Assembly (NCBI GenBank): GCA_965200155.1
Contig: CBDATR010000007.1
Location: forward strand, 1 to 35,357
Direction of reading: 5' to 3'
Length of the DNA: 35,357 bases
From: Nitrosopumilaceae archaeon
GTDB lineage: Archaea; Thermoproteota; Nitrososphaeria; Nitrososphaerales; Nitrosopumilaceae
Notes under the pieces: model-generated
Databases searched by the model: none
The model's input: only the letters and a program-made list of their open reading frames with translations
What the model was told of the DNA's origin: nothing
Position numbers and translations under genes: made by a program
Shown here: piece after piece, positions 18,869-29,077 of the stretch
Layout: the number at the start of each line of letters is the position of its first letter
How positions within the stretch are numbered: the stretch's first letter is position 1

Positions 18869-19789
18869 ATGATAAAAGCTCTCCAAATAGGAGTTGGCGG
18901 CTGGGGCAAAAAGCACGCCAGGGTACTACACGAAATGAATGCCCTGGCAGGAATATGCGATACTGACGAAAATTACACGCTGGCCAAGCAGTATGGCGTC
19001 CCCCACTACACGAATGTAGAGACAGCCATAGAGTCATTACGCTTTGACGCGGCCATAGTTGCCACCCCCACCATAACCCACCATGACATTGCACACAAAC
19101 TGATACAGGCAGGCAAACATACACTGATAGAAAAGCCCTTTACGTACGAGCCGGATCAGGGAAGGCAATTAACCGGTCTAGCCCGGAAGAAGGGAGTCAT
19201 TATAAGCTGCGGTTACATTGAAAGGTTCAATCCGGCCATACAAGCAGTACGGGAGATGGTGGACAGGAAGACATACGGCAGGCCTGTTCTGCTGGAGTTT
19301 CACCGGGAGAACCGCATACCCGTTCACATCAAAGATGTGGGTATCATTTATGACACGGCAGTGCATGACATTGATACAGCCAACTGGCTGTTCGGCGAGA
19401 TGCCCCATGTAGTGTTTGCACGGTTCGGCAGAATAGAGCATACCCACGAGGACTATGCTACTATAATGCTGGGATACCCAGGCAATAATACGGCCATAAT
19501 ATCATGCAACTGGCTCTCGCCCCGGCGCGTCAGGGTATTTCGCGCTGCATTCACCGATGCGGTAGTGACAGGCGACTTTATAACACGGGAGATAGACGTG
19601 GACGGTCATAAAATGGCAGTCCGGGATGCAGAGCCGTTAAGGATGGAATTGGAGTCATTCCTGGAGGCAGCCCGGATTAAACGGGACCCAATAGTGCTAC
19701 CGCAGCAGGCAGTTTGGGTCAGCGAGATAGCCCGGGCCGCCCTGGCATCAGGTAAGCAGAATGCACCCATACATTTGGATTTACGATGA
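18869..19789 (+). CDS. Gfo/Idh/MocA-family oxidoreductase
   Basis: IGVGGWG, ATPT..H, LIEKP, GYIERFNPA and DTAVHDID. Confidence 0.92.
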   Translation: MIKALQIGVGGWGKKHARVLHEMNALAGICDTDENYTLAKQYGVPHYTNVETAIESLRFDAAIVATPTITHHDIAHKLIQAGKHTLIEKPFTYEPDQGRQLTGLARKKGVIISCGYIERFNPAIQAVREMVDRKTYGRPVLLEFHRENRIPVHIKDVGIIYDTAVHDIDTANWLFGEMPHVVFARFGRIEHTHEDYATIMLGYPGNNTAIISCNWLSPRRVRVFRAAFTDAVVTGDFITREIDVDGHKMAVRDAEPLRMELESFLEAARIKRDPIVLPQQAVWVSEIARAALASGKQNAPIHLDLR

Positions 19790-20058
19790 GGCGCATAATG
19801 CTGGATATACTGGCTTGCCCCATGGACAAGCACCACCCGCTGGAATTGTACGGGGACGGGGACGAATCGGACATACAGTCAGGAGTACTATACTGTACTG
19901 AATGTAGCCGCTTTTACATGATACTGCAAGGGATACCGGTATTATTGCCGGATGAATTGCGTAATGAAAAGCAGGAACTGGCCGCCTTAGAGAAGATACA
20001 GGATATGATACCAGACACCATAAAGTATCACGGAAAGCCCTGGAATATTTCGTCATAG
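19786..20058 (+). CDS. trm112: Trm112-family methyltransferase activator
   Basis: LDILACPMDK, GVLYCTEC and GIPVLLPDE. Confidence 0.9.
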   Translation: MRRIMLDILACPMDKHHPLELYGDGDESDIQSGVLYCTECSRFYMILQGIPVLLPDELRNEKQELAALEKIQDMIPDTIKYHGKPWNISS

Positions 20059-20247
20059 TATGATACGCCGTATGCGTATTAGAATGATAACCCACAATAT
20101 CACCAACAGTATGGCAATACCGCCCTTTAGTATGGAGTTGCCAAAGCCCCACTGTGTATCCAGCGGGCCCAGAACCAGTACTGCTACACCGCCGCCCAGT
20201 ATTATGAGAGCCCACATTACAAGGACGAAGGTGTACAGGCGTATCAT
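20053..20247 (-). CDS. Small two-TM membrane protein
   Basis: Two hydrophobic helices and a basic tail; start overlaps the upstream gene stop (ATGA). Confidence 0.7.
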   Translation of the reverse strand: MIRLYTFVLVMWALIILGGGVAVLVLGPLDTQWGFGNSILKGGIAILLVILWVIILIRIRRIIL

Positions 20248-21221
20248 GGCAGTACCATCAAAATGCCTGTAAATATGGCAAGGGCCGCAGACAGGTATCC
20301 CAGTCGGAATATGGCTGCCACTACGCCCGCCTCGTTTTTGGGACCGCCACTCAGTATGAGTCGCACCAAAGTAACCGGTGCCCGCTCATCTCCGCTGTCC
20401 CGGAGCATCATGTTATCATCCTGTATGACTGAGCGGTACTTAATTTGGCGGTGCTCTACAATGCGACGGACACTGTGCAGGAATAGAAAGGAGTTCATTA
20501 TACATGGCAGTATGGCAACCGCGGCCACCACCTCCACGCCGCCATATATGGTTACACAGCCATAAGTGACCCCCAATACAAGGGCGCCGGAATCGCCGGG
20601 AAATATTCTGCTTGGCAGGCGGTGATACCGGTAAAAGGCACAGGACGCCGTCAGTAGTATGGCGCCAAACACCAAGGCATCCCACCGCTGTAGTACGGCA
20701 AGAACCACACAGATGGCCGCAGTGGCGATGCATATGTAGCCGCTGGCCACGCCGTTCATGACGTCAATTGAGTTTATGGTATTTCCCGTGATTGATATGA
20801 TGGCAATAATGACGCCCATATACAGGATTGGTATGGAGACAGCATCAAAGGCCGGGAACACAAGGCGTGTATCATACGTGCCAAGGAATATCACGGGAGC
20901 GGATACAGCCGCAAGTCCCAGGGGCTTGAACCAGCCGGGCATGACATGTTTGTCATCGGCATAGCCTATACACAGGGCGCCGCATATGGTAATAATCATG
21001 GCCAGGATACCCGTGTCGCCAGTATACCAGAATAATATTATCATACCACTGCATATACCAAGGGCTATGGCCGGCCCCCCCGGTCTTGGTATGGGAGGAT
21101 GACCACTCTTGTTCATGTCCGGGACACTCATTCCGTGGCGACGCAGGTATGAGATCAGGGCGGGCATGGTACCATAGACTACAATGAAGGATACGGCGAT
21201 AGCCACGATGTAATGAATCAT
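20244..21221 (-). CDS. aglH: MraY/GPT-family UDP-GlcNAc:dolichol-phosphate GlcNAc-1-P transferase
   Basis: DMNK, PRPGG, GYADD, NSIDVMNG and IFPGDSG; multi-TM. ATG 21221 overlaps the hel308 stop (TAATG). Confidence 0.85.
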   Translation of the reverse strand: MIHYIVAIAVSFIVVYGTMPALISYLRRHGMSVPDMNKSGHPPIPRPGGPAIALGICSGMIILFWYTGDTGILAMIITICGALCIGYADDKHVMPGWFKPLGLAAVSAPVIFLGTYDTRLVFPAFDAVSIPILYMGVIIAIISITGNTINSIDVMNGVASGYICIATAAICVVLAVLQRWDALVFGAILLTASCAFYRYHRLPSRIFPGDSGALVLGVTYGCVTIYGGVEVVAAVAILPCIMNSFLFLHSVRRIVEHRQIKYRSVIQDDNMMLRDSGDERAPVTLVRLILSGGPKNEAGVVAAIFRLGYLSAALAIFTGILMVLP

Positions 21222-23332
21222 TATGAGAGTCGCGCGGCCTCCCTGCGGATACGGGCAGCAGTACGGGGACCCGTCCTGCATATGGAGGCGATTTGGGATG
21301 CGCTAATTCTATTCACGTCCGAAATGGTGCGTACACCCGCCCCGTATAGACGCCGGGCGCGAACGCGGCCCACATCCCGGATGGCAACCAATGGTACAAT
21401 ATCTTTGGATATGCCGTATGATATCCGGACTGACAGGGAGTCCAGTTGTGATGATATAGAGTGATTCCCCTCATGAATGGCAAGACGGGACATGCATGTG
21501 GCGAGCCAGGAACCGGCTTCTGCCATGCGGTGTATGTCGCCGGATTCTACTCCATACTCATCAGAGAGCACATCCTCGGTTACCTCGCTTATCCAGGCAT
21601 ACAATCCGATGAGGCTCCTTGAGGCATTATGGTATGGTATCTCCTCTAATAGCTGGGATCGGTTACCATCAATCAACGCACAGGCATTCTCCATGTCCCT
21701 CTCCCGTAGATACAGTAATGGCGGGAACTCGGCGCACCTTGTCATGGAATATAGAAAGCCCAGGGAGTAGTCACCCTTGCCCGCGTTCCGGATTAACCTA
21801 ACAAAATCATGGGCGGTCTGTGGTCTCAGGTACAGTTTTGAGGTCAAGGAGCCCAATGGGGTAGAACGGTAGGAATCATCGCTGATTGGTCTTATCATGC
21901 GCATCTCTTCGAGATCGTACAGGGCATCATCAATGTCATATTCCAGGTCACGCTGCCGGCCGCCCAGGGTAGTAGAAAAGAAGTCGTGTATTTCAGGCGT
22001 GGTGATGCGCGGTTTCTGAACTATTATGGATAGTACGTGGGAGGGTATGGATTGGGGATCCCCCATGTGTGATAGGATGGGTTCCGGCGTCCCGTGTATG
22101 TAAGTGGTCATGATATCATCGTATGTGTTCCAGTTTGCCACTATAACTGACTGGCCAGCATCATCGTACTGGGGCCTACCGGCACGGCCGCATAACTGCT
22201 TGTATTCAAGAACGCTGATGGGCATGTTCCTGCCATGATTCCCGTCATATCTGGTGATGTTTGGAATGATTACCAGCCTGGCGGGAAGGTTCACGCCCGC
22301 GGCTAGGGTGGTGGTTGCCGCCAGCACCTTTATGAGGCCGTCCCGAAAATTCTCCTCTACAATATGGCGGCAGTGCTGATCCAACCCCGCATGGTGAAAG
22401 GCAACACCCCTCTTCACAAGGTCTGCCAGGGAACGTATCAGTCCGCTGGTCTGGTTTTTCAGTATCTCGCTGGATACCTCGGCCAGTCTCATCCTGTCAG
22501 TGTCAGAGAGTAGCGACTTTATGCCGCCGGCCGCCTTGGTTGCCTGTGGAATGGTACCCCGGCGGGTATTGGCGAATATGAGAGCCTGTCCACCACCCCT
22601 CACGCACTGTGCGGCAAGATCCGCGGCCGGACCCCGGGAGCTTTTGTGGACTTCATACGCGGTGTTATCCTGCATGGTTACCATGCCGTCATTGTATACA
22701 CCCTCGTGTAATGGGACCGGTCTCCACTCACTGTGTACTAGATGGCAGTCCAGCCATTGTGCCAGTTCTTGGGCGTTGGTTATGGTGGCAGAGAGTGCCA
22801 CTATCTGCAAATCTGGGCGGCGCAATTGGGCGAGTACCATCTCCAAGGTTGCCCCCCTATACTTGTCGCCGATAAGGTGTATCTCATCGGCTATGACCAG
22901 GTCAACTTCCTGCAGCCATTTCTCCTGCTTGCGGAATGCCAAGTCCATTCGCTCGTTGGTCATGCACAATAGGTTTCCTGGGAGCCTGCCGGCAGTGCCC
23001 AGATCCCCGGCCGAAACTGATACCCGTAAAGAGGGCAGGAATTTTTTGAGTACCTTGAATTCCGCGTACTTTTCTGATGCCAGTGCCCGTAACGGACTCA
23101 GGTATACGGCCCGGCGACCCCCACGCTGCAGCAGGGCAGATACGGCCAGCATGGCTACCAGGGTCTTGCCGCTAGCAGTGGGCGCAGACACCATTACGCT
23201 ATTGCCGTCCAGCAGACCGGCATCTATGGCGTCCCGTTGCGGCGGGTATAGTTCCGTAATGCCCAGAGTCTGCATGTAACTGATCATTTCGGGGGGGCAG
23301 GTATCCGGTATCATGATGATATGGTGACTCAC
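21221..23332 (-). CDS. hel308: Ski2-like DNA helicase Hel308
   Basis: LYPPQ, APTASGKT, DEIH, LSAT, HHAGL, TLAAGVNLP, GRAGRP and a C-terminal HhH (VGRVRARRL). Start may be ATG 23314. Confidence 0.93.
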   Translation of the reverse strand: MSHHIIMIPDTCPPEMISYMQTLGITELYPPQRDAIDAGLLDGNSVMVSAPTASGKTLVAMLAVSALLQRGGRRAVYLSPLRALASEKYAEFKVLKKFLPSLRVSVSAGDLGTAGRLPGNLLCMTNERMDLAFRKQEKWLQEVDLVIADEIHLIGDKYRGATLEMVLAQLRRPDLQIVALSATITNAQELAQWLDCHLVHSEWRPVPLHEGVYNDGMVTMQDNTAYEVHKSSRGPAADLAAQCVRGGGQALIFANTRRGTIPQATKAAGGIKSLLSDTDRMRLAEVSSEILKNQTSGLIRSLADLVKRGVAFHHAGLDQHCRHIVEENFRDGLIKVLAATTTLAAGVNLPARLVIIPNITRYDGNHGRNMPISVLEYKQLCGRAGRPQYDDAGQSVIVANWNTYDDIMTTYIHGTPEPILSHMGDPQSIPSHVLSIIVQKPRITTPEIHDFFSTTLGGRQRDLEYDIDDALYDLEEMRMIRPISDDSYRSTPLGSLTSKLYLRPQTAHDFVRLIRNAGKGDYSLGFLYSMTRCAEFPPLLYLRERDMENACALIDGNRSQLLEEIPYHNASRSLIGLYAWISEVTEDVLSDEYGVESGDIHRMAEAGSWLATCMSRLAIHEGNHSISSQLDSLSVRISYGISKDIVPLVAIRDVGRVRARRLYGAGVRTISDVNRISASQIASICRTGPRTAARIRREAARLS

Positions 23333-23347
23333 CGACTTATGAGTTTG

Positions 23348-23572
23348 TCATCTGTTCCAGTCCAGGAGTGGGTCGGGCTCTGCATACCATCCCCCGGATA
23401 TCATGACCAGTGATATCGAGATAATAGACGACAGCAATCCCAGGAGAAGACAGTTTCGGGCTACCGGACTGGTGTCGCGAACCATGTATCGCAGTATGAA
23501 CCACGCCATGGCACCACCAATGATTCCCAGGAATACGGGAAGCAGATACCAGAGCCACCTATACGAGTACAA
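23348..23572 (-). CDS. Small membrane protein
   Basis: WYLLPVFLGIIGG..AW...ARNCLLLG with two TM helices, co-oriented upstream of hel308. Confidence 0.7.
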   Translation of the reverse strand: MYSYRWLWYLLPVFLGIIGGAMAWFILRYMVRDTSPVARNCLLLGLLSSIISISLVMISGGWYAEPDPLLDWNR

Positions 23573-23698
23573 TGTAATTCAATGGAGTGTTTACGTATAT
23601 TGGGGTTTTTGTAGTCATGAATCACCATCCTACAAGAAGATATGTTGCCAAAAATCTAATCTGCCCTCCGGTCTCATTCCAGATTATGATGGAGTGGC

Positions 23699-23781
23699 GT
23701 GTGAGTTCACCTGTGTCTAAATTTACGCACAACTGATTGCTGCAGTTAGTGCACAAGATTCCGGAAGACGTGAACTCATAC
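23699..23781. mobile_element. MITE copy 8 (83 bp, internal deletion, no TSD)
   Basis: GTGTGAGTTCAC...GTGAACTCATAC. Confidence 0.88.
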
Positions 23782-23988
23782 ACACAAGAACGACGTGGTA
23801 GGAAAGTGCAAACCGTGTTTGGCACGTATCGTAAATGCATAATGCCACATCATAGGCGCTGTCCGCTTCCTACTTGGTTACATGTGTGGCACCATATCTG
23901 TTAGGGATTTCAAATCACTCACAGACACATTAATGCCCCAGTACGATTGGTAATTTGGCATAAAGATCTTCCAAGTACATGGAGTAGT

Positions 23989-24444
23989 TCAATTCCGGAC
24001 CAAGTCAATGCCGCTTTCAGGGCTTTTTTCCAGCTGCGATGCATATGCGCGATAGCTTATTTGATTTTGTGCCTCTGAATCATTCTCTGTCGCGGTCTGA
24101 AGATCCAAAAGTGCGAGTTCCATGAACACCGAGCCGGACTTTGCGTCATTGATGTAATTTAGATTGCATTTTAGTATTTGGTTACCGTACAATTCTACTC
24201 CAGTATTGACGGTGTTATCACGATCATGTCCACACCTATGCTTATACCATCATATATTGATGCGGCCTGCCACACGTATGTTGGTGCCATCTGGCATGAC
24301 AATCAGGATATCTAATGTCACTGTACTTGTTGTGATCACCCTAGGACCCAAATGATATGACCGACAGTGGATCAAAGTCATGAACCACTCTATCGCGGAT
24401 GGGTTGTATTGCGGCCATCGGCTCAACCACGTGAATGTTTTCAC
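23989..24444 (-). pseudogene. Possible pseudogene of unknown family
   Basis: ORFs 24250-24444 and 23989-24192 are in the same frame, separated by a single TGA (24250-24252). Confidence 0.3.
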
Positions 24445-24711
24445 CAGGTAGAATGGTTGCCATACTATGATTGAATCATCGGCATTGTATTAGTCGCATT
24501 GGCATCTGAGAATAGCGTCAGACATGCCAAGTGGATTGGTACCGCAAACGGTATAGCGGCGCTCATAACTCCATGCCTGAATATTGCATCGCTATTCCTG
24601 AATGACAAGTTCCGTAATGGACTTATTATTACCCTATGTCTTTATATTAGTACGGTATAATATGAACATAATGTCACAAAACAAACCCAAAGGTTATAGC
24701 ATTATGGAAAG

Positions 24712-25239
24712 ATGCGTGTCATGAAACCCCAGCACATACAGACACTGTATCAGGCAGGATACATGATCAGTGACATAAAGGCAACCCTTGCCACGGATGC
24801 CACCCTGGAAGTGGGCGGCGTAAACGTAAAGGGCAGGCAGGGCGAGGTCGTGAGTATACCACTCAGGGTGGGTAGAATATTGCAGAGATCAGGCATTGTT
24901 GATATGGAGCTGCCCAATGCGGTGACCGAGTTAAAGCAGGCACTAATACGGGAAAAGGTGGTAGGAGAGTACCAAATGGCCACCCTGGACAAGCAGTTCT
25001 ACATACGGCTAAAGTATCAGATAGAAGAGATGGAGGAGAGGGACCGGGACGATGTAGGTGGCATGATGATGGAGCTGGTCAGGCTGCGCCGGGGAAAGAT
25101 AGTCCGGCTGGCAGATGCACCCAAGCTTAGTACTGACATACAGTCCAAGATAACCATAGAGGAGCGCGTGTTCTTTGATGCCATTAGTCAGGAGAGCAGG
25201 AGATTTGAGGAGGCGGTAAGGTATAGCAATCGAGGTTGA
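24712..25239 (+). CDS. GINS complex subunit (Gins23-type, B-A domain order)
   Basis: Beta-rich N-terminus (GEVVSIPLRVGRIL) followed by a helical domain (FYIRL, RLRRGKIVRLA, TIEERVFF); directly upstream of mcm. Confidence 0.85.
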   Translation: MRVMKPQHIQTLYQAGYMISDIKATLATDATLEVGGVNVKGRQGEVVSIPLRVGRILQRSGIVDMELPNAVTELKQALIREKVVGEYQMATLDKQFYIRLKYQIEEMEERDRDDVGGMMMELVRLRRGKIVRLADAPKLSTDIQSKITIEERVFFDAISQESRRFEEAVRYSNRG

Positions 25240-25273
25240 GGTTCGCGAGTATACTGATGACGCGCTAGCCAAC

Positions 25274-27313
25274 ATGGTGAGGGAGTTTTTGTCCCGGTTC
25301 CGGGACTCCCATGGTGACTACAAGTATCTGGATTTGATAGACAGTATGATACCCAGCCGTTCCACGCATATTACAATAGACTATAATGATTTGGTGGCAG
25401 AGCCGGAGATAGAAAGGTTCTTTCACAAGGAGCCGGACCGCATACTGAGCGCCTTTGCCATGGCCATAGGCAGCGTACTTAGTACCAGGTATCCGGATTA
25501 TGCCACAAAGATACTGGACTCCATACGCGCCCGCATAGCCAATTACCCGCTGCATCGCAGGCTGCGGGAGGTGACCGCGGTGACCATAGGTAAGCTGACC
25601 AGTGTGTCGGGCATGGTGGTGCGCGCCTCAGAAGTGAAATCGCTGGCACAGGAGCTGGTGTACAGGTGCCCGGATAATCACAAGACCATCACCGTCCCCA
25701 CTCAGGGAACTATTGCCAATGCGCCGCCGGTCTGCTCTAACCCGGACTGCAAGCACCGCAATTTGGTTATGAAACCAAAGGAGAGCCATTTTATCGACTT
25801 TCAGATACTGCGGCTGCAGGAGCTGCCAGAGGATCTGCCCCCCGGCCAGATACCATATCACATAGACGTGAACATAAGGCAGGATTTGGTGGATCATACC
25901 AGGCCGGGGGACCGCATAGTTCTTACGGGAATCGTACGCATAGAGAAGGAGCCGGTATCCGGCTCGGCCCAGACAGGAGGCGGGTTGTATCGTTTACGTG
26001 TAGAGGGAAATAACATTGAGTTTCTGGGGAGTCGCGGAAACAAGACCGAAAGAAAGATGGAGCGGGAAGAGATATCGCCGGACGAGGAGAAGATAATACA
26101 GGGACTGGTGCACAGTCCGGACATTTATGAGCGGCTGGTGGACTCCTTTGCGCCCCATATAACGGAGCATGAGGCGATAAAAGAGTCCATAATGTTACTG
26201 GTGGTGGGTGCCACGCCAAGAAGAATGCCCGACGGCTCCCGGACCAGAGGCGATATCAACATATTCCTGGTGGGCGACCCCGGTACGGCCAAGTCCGAGA
26301 TGCTCAAGTTTTGTTCCCGAATAGCACCCCGTGGCCTTTACACCAGCGGAAGAGGTAGCTCCGCGGCGGGACTCACCGCTGCCGTAGTCAAGGACAGGAC
26401 GGGAATGATGATGCTGGAGGCCGGAGCGGTGGTTCTTGGGGATCAGGGACTAGTATGCATAGACGAGTTTGACAAGATGAAGGCCGAGGACAGCTCCGCC
26501 CTGCACGAGGTAATGGAGCAGCAGTCAGTCAGTGTTGCCAAGGGTGGAATAGTGGCCACCCTGAACGCGCGCACATCCATACTGGCAGCGGCCAATCCCA
26601 TATGGGGCCGATATGACGTATACAAGACCATAGTGGACAACATAAAGGTCCCCATACCACTACTGACCAGGTTCGATCTCATATTTGTAATACGGGATGT
26701 CCCCTCAACAAAACGGGACGAGCGCATAGCCCGGCACATACTGGCCCGGCACAGTAGCAGGGGAATAAGTGAGCGGAATGTGATTGAGCCGGACATACTT
26801 ACAAAGTATTTTGCATATGCCAGGCGTTCAAATCCGGAAATGACCCATGAGGCAGAAGATGTCATACTGGATTATTACCTAAAGATGCGTTCAGGGGAGA
26901 CCAGTGATACCACCATGGTTACACCCCGGCAACTGGAGGGAATAATACGGCTGGCAACAGCCCGGGCACGGTTACTCATGAAGGGATCAGTAGAGATAGA
27001 GGATGCGGAGCGCGCCATATTCCTGGTATCCAAATCCCTGGAGGAGTCCGGGAGAGACCCCGAGGGTAACAAGGTTGACTTGATGGTACTACATGGCAAG
27101 GGCAGCGCTGATATGAACAAGATGCAATTATTCATGGACATACTACGGGAGCTGGAGGGAGACGTAAAGAGACCCGTGCCAGAGACAGAGTTGCTGTCAA
27201 ACATGAGGGATACAGAAAAATTTAATGACACCGACGCCAGGGCGTTCCTGCAAAAGATGATACAGAGTGGTACAATATACGAGTCCAAGTCAGGTCATTA
27301 TAATCGGGTATGA
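25274..27313 (+). CDS. mcm: MCM replicative helicase
   Basis: Zn finger, FIDFQILRLQE, GDPGTAKS, GLTAAV, IDEFDKM, AAANP, TRFD and TPRQLE. No intein. Start is possibly ATA 25223. Confidence 0.97.
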   Translation: MVREFLSRFRDSHGDYKYLDLIDSMIPSRSTHITIDYNDLVAEPEIERFFHKEPDRILSAFAMAIGSVLSTRYPDYATKILDSIRARIANYPLHRRLREVTAVTIGKLTSVSGMVVRASEVKSLAQELVYRCPDNHKTITVPTQGTIANAPPVCSNPDCKHRNLVMKPKESHFIDFQILRLQELPEDLPPGQIPYHIDVNIRQDLVDHTRPGDRIVLTGIVRIEKEPVSGSAQTGGGLYRLRVEGNNIEFLGSRGNKTERKMEREEISPDEEKIIQGLVHSPDIYERLVDSFAPHITEHEAIKESIMLLVVGATPRRMPDGSRTRGDINIFLVGDPGTAKSEMLKFCSRIAPRGLYTSGRGSSAAGLTAAVVKDRTGMMMLEAGAVVLGDQGLVCIDEFDKMKAEDSSALHEVMEQQSVSVAKGGIVATLNARTSILAAANPIWGRYDVYKTIVDNIKVPIPLLTRFDLIFVIRDVPSTKRDERIARHILARHSSRGISERNVIEPDILTKYFAYARRSNPEMTHEAEDVILDYYLKMRSGETSDTTMVTPRQLEGIIRLATARARLLMKGSVEIEDAERAIFLVSKSLEESGRDPEGNKVDLMVLHGKGSADMNKMQLFMDILRELEGDVKRPVPETELLSNMRDTEKFNDTDARAFLQKMIQSGTIYESKSGHYNRV

Positions 27314-27326
27314 TAAGCCATGATTT

Positions 27327-27428
27327 GTATGAGTTCACCTTTGTCTAAATTTACGCAATAACTGATGGAACAGGTTGTTCTAGTTAATGTGATTTGTACA
27401 TAAGATTCCGGAAGACGTGAACTCATAC
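27327..27428. mobile_element. MITE copy 9 (102 bp variant, no TSD)
   Basis: Same internal variant as copies 1-2. Confidence 0.9.
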
Positions 27429-27438
27429 CTATTATTTG

Positions 27439-27529
27439 GTATGACTTCCCCCTGTCTAAATTTACGCACGACAGATGGCGGCAATTAGTATGATTTAACC
27501 GCACGATCTGGGAAGACGTGAACTCATAC
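27439..27529. mobile_element. MITE copy 10 (diverged, older)
   Basis: GTATGACTTCCC...GTGAACTCATAC; near-TSD ATTATTTG/ATTATTCG. Confidence 0.85.
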
Positions 27530-27652
27530 ATTATTCGAGATATCCTAAAATCATGACAGGGGGCGATTTTATAGTGAGCACCATAATTTTTACATGCAAG
27601 ATGGGGGTTGTGTCCGTCAAATGCAGGATTTGTCACCCAGAGACTTATGATG

Positions 27653-27751
27653 GTATGAGTTCACCTGTGTCTAAATTTACGCATAACTGATCGCGACAGT
27701 TAAAGAACCGGTTCTTTTGTGCATAAGATTCCGGAAGACGTGAACTCATAC
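27653..27751. mobile_element. MITE copy 11 (99 bp variant)
   Basis: TSD TTATGATG; internal palindrome AAAGAACCGGTTCTTT. Confidence 0.95.
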
Positions 27752-27921
27752 TTATGATGACTGCTATAATCACAAGGTAGTTGACAAATGGCCGAAGCCT
27801 CGCACCACGAATGGCACAGTAGGAATATGCTGGCGGTCATGCCATTACAAGGGGATTATGTAGTGTGATGAATTAATGCTGCGCGCATAATATAACCCGG
27901 CGTCAGGAGCCCCACTCAGGG

Positions 27922-28590
27922 ATGAATTCATTGCATGATCTGAACCTTGAGATACTGCAATGTACCGCCTGCCCTCGACTGACAGAGTATACACGGGAGG
28001 TGTCCCGCACCAAGACTCGGCGATTCTACGACCAGAAATATCACGGCAGGCCGGTACCGGGCTTTGGTGACATGCATGCCCAATTACTGGTGGTGGGCCT
28101 GGCTCCCGCAGCTCACGGTGGAAACCGTACCGGACGCATGTTTACAGGCGACTCGTCCGCGGACTGGCTCATGAAGGCCATGCACAATAACGGCTTTGCG
28201 TCATTACCCACCAGTGTATCAGCTGATGATGGTCTGGCGCTGCATGATGCATACATTACCGCCGCGGCCCGGTGCGCCCCGCCACAGAATAAGCCCACTG
28301 CCGGGGAGCTGCGCAACTGCTCCAATTATTTGGAGCGGGAGATCTCCCTTCTTGATAACATAAGGGTAATTCTATGTCTTGGCCAGATATCCTATCGTAC
28401 TATCTGCCGCATATTGGGAATTAGACCGGACAAATTTGGACATTTAAGGACATATGATCACAACTCCATTACCATAATGACATCCTATCATCCTTCCCGG
28501 CAGAATACCCAGACCGGCAGACTTACCTGGGAGATGTGGGATGCAGTCTTTGCCAGGGTGAGAGTCATTCTGGACAAAACACCATATTGA
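27922..28590 (+). CDS. udgB: Family 5 uracil-DNA glycosylase (4Fe-4S)
   Basis: CTACPRL, GLAPAAHGGNRTGRMFTGD, RCAPPQNKP and YHPSRQNTQTG. Confidence 0.92.
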   Translation: MNSLHDLNLEILQCTACPRLTEYTREVSRTKTRRFYDQKYHGRPVPGFGDMHAQLLVVGLAPAAHGGNRTGRMFTGDSSADWLMKAMHNNGFASLPTSVSADDGLALHDAYITAAARCAPPQNKPTAGELRNCSNYLEREISLLDNIRVILCLGQISYRTICRILGIRPDKFGHLRTYDHNSITIMTSYHPSRQNTQTGRLTWEMWDAVFARVRVILDKTPY

Positions 28591-28606
28591 TGGTGACATT
28601 TCAGTC

Positions 28607-29077
28607 ATGTCAATGGACATGTATGATACCATACTGCTCATATTATATCATCGACGGGGCGCAGACTTGGGCCGGGTTGCCATACAGCGACTGGCCTATG
28701 TGTCATCATGTACAATTCCCTCATTGCACAGCCCGTCATATGTCATGCAGTATGATGGAATATACAGCGAGGGACTGTCCCACGCACTGGAGCGGCTCAT
28801 ATCACACTCCTTCGTTATGGAGAGTAAGGTACAGGCAAGTTCTGAAACATACTGCTATAAGCTCAGCGATGATGGTATTGCCATGGCCCGGCGGCTAAAT
28901 GGAACGCCGGAATCCCGTTCAATTCAGTCCATGATGGCGCACTGCATGGACATATGCAGGTGTGACCCGGATATATTGGCCTCTGTTACATTGTCATTGC
29001 ATGGTATTAATCATGATTCCGGCAATGGCGGTTCTTTGGCCTTGCAGATACTAAAGGCACTGGGGGTGAAACCGTGA
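28607..29077 (+). CDS. Winged-helix protein (YwgA-like)
   Basis: GRVAIQRLAY, YDGIYSEGL..ALERL and YKLSDDG resemble the GRtklQKlvY / yGPYS / Y.LT..G pattern; coupled to the HD gene. Confidence 0.65.
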   Translation: MSMDMYDTILLILYHRRGADLGRVAIQRLAYVSSCTIPSLHSPSYVMQYDGIYSEGLSHALERLISHSFVMESKVQASSETYCYKLSDDGIAMARRLNGTPESRSIQSMMAHCMDICRCDPDILASVTLSLHGINHDSGNGGSLALQILKALGVKP

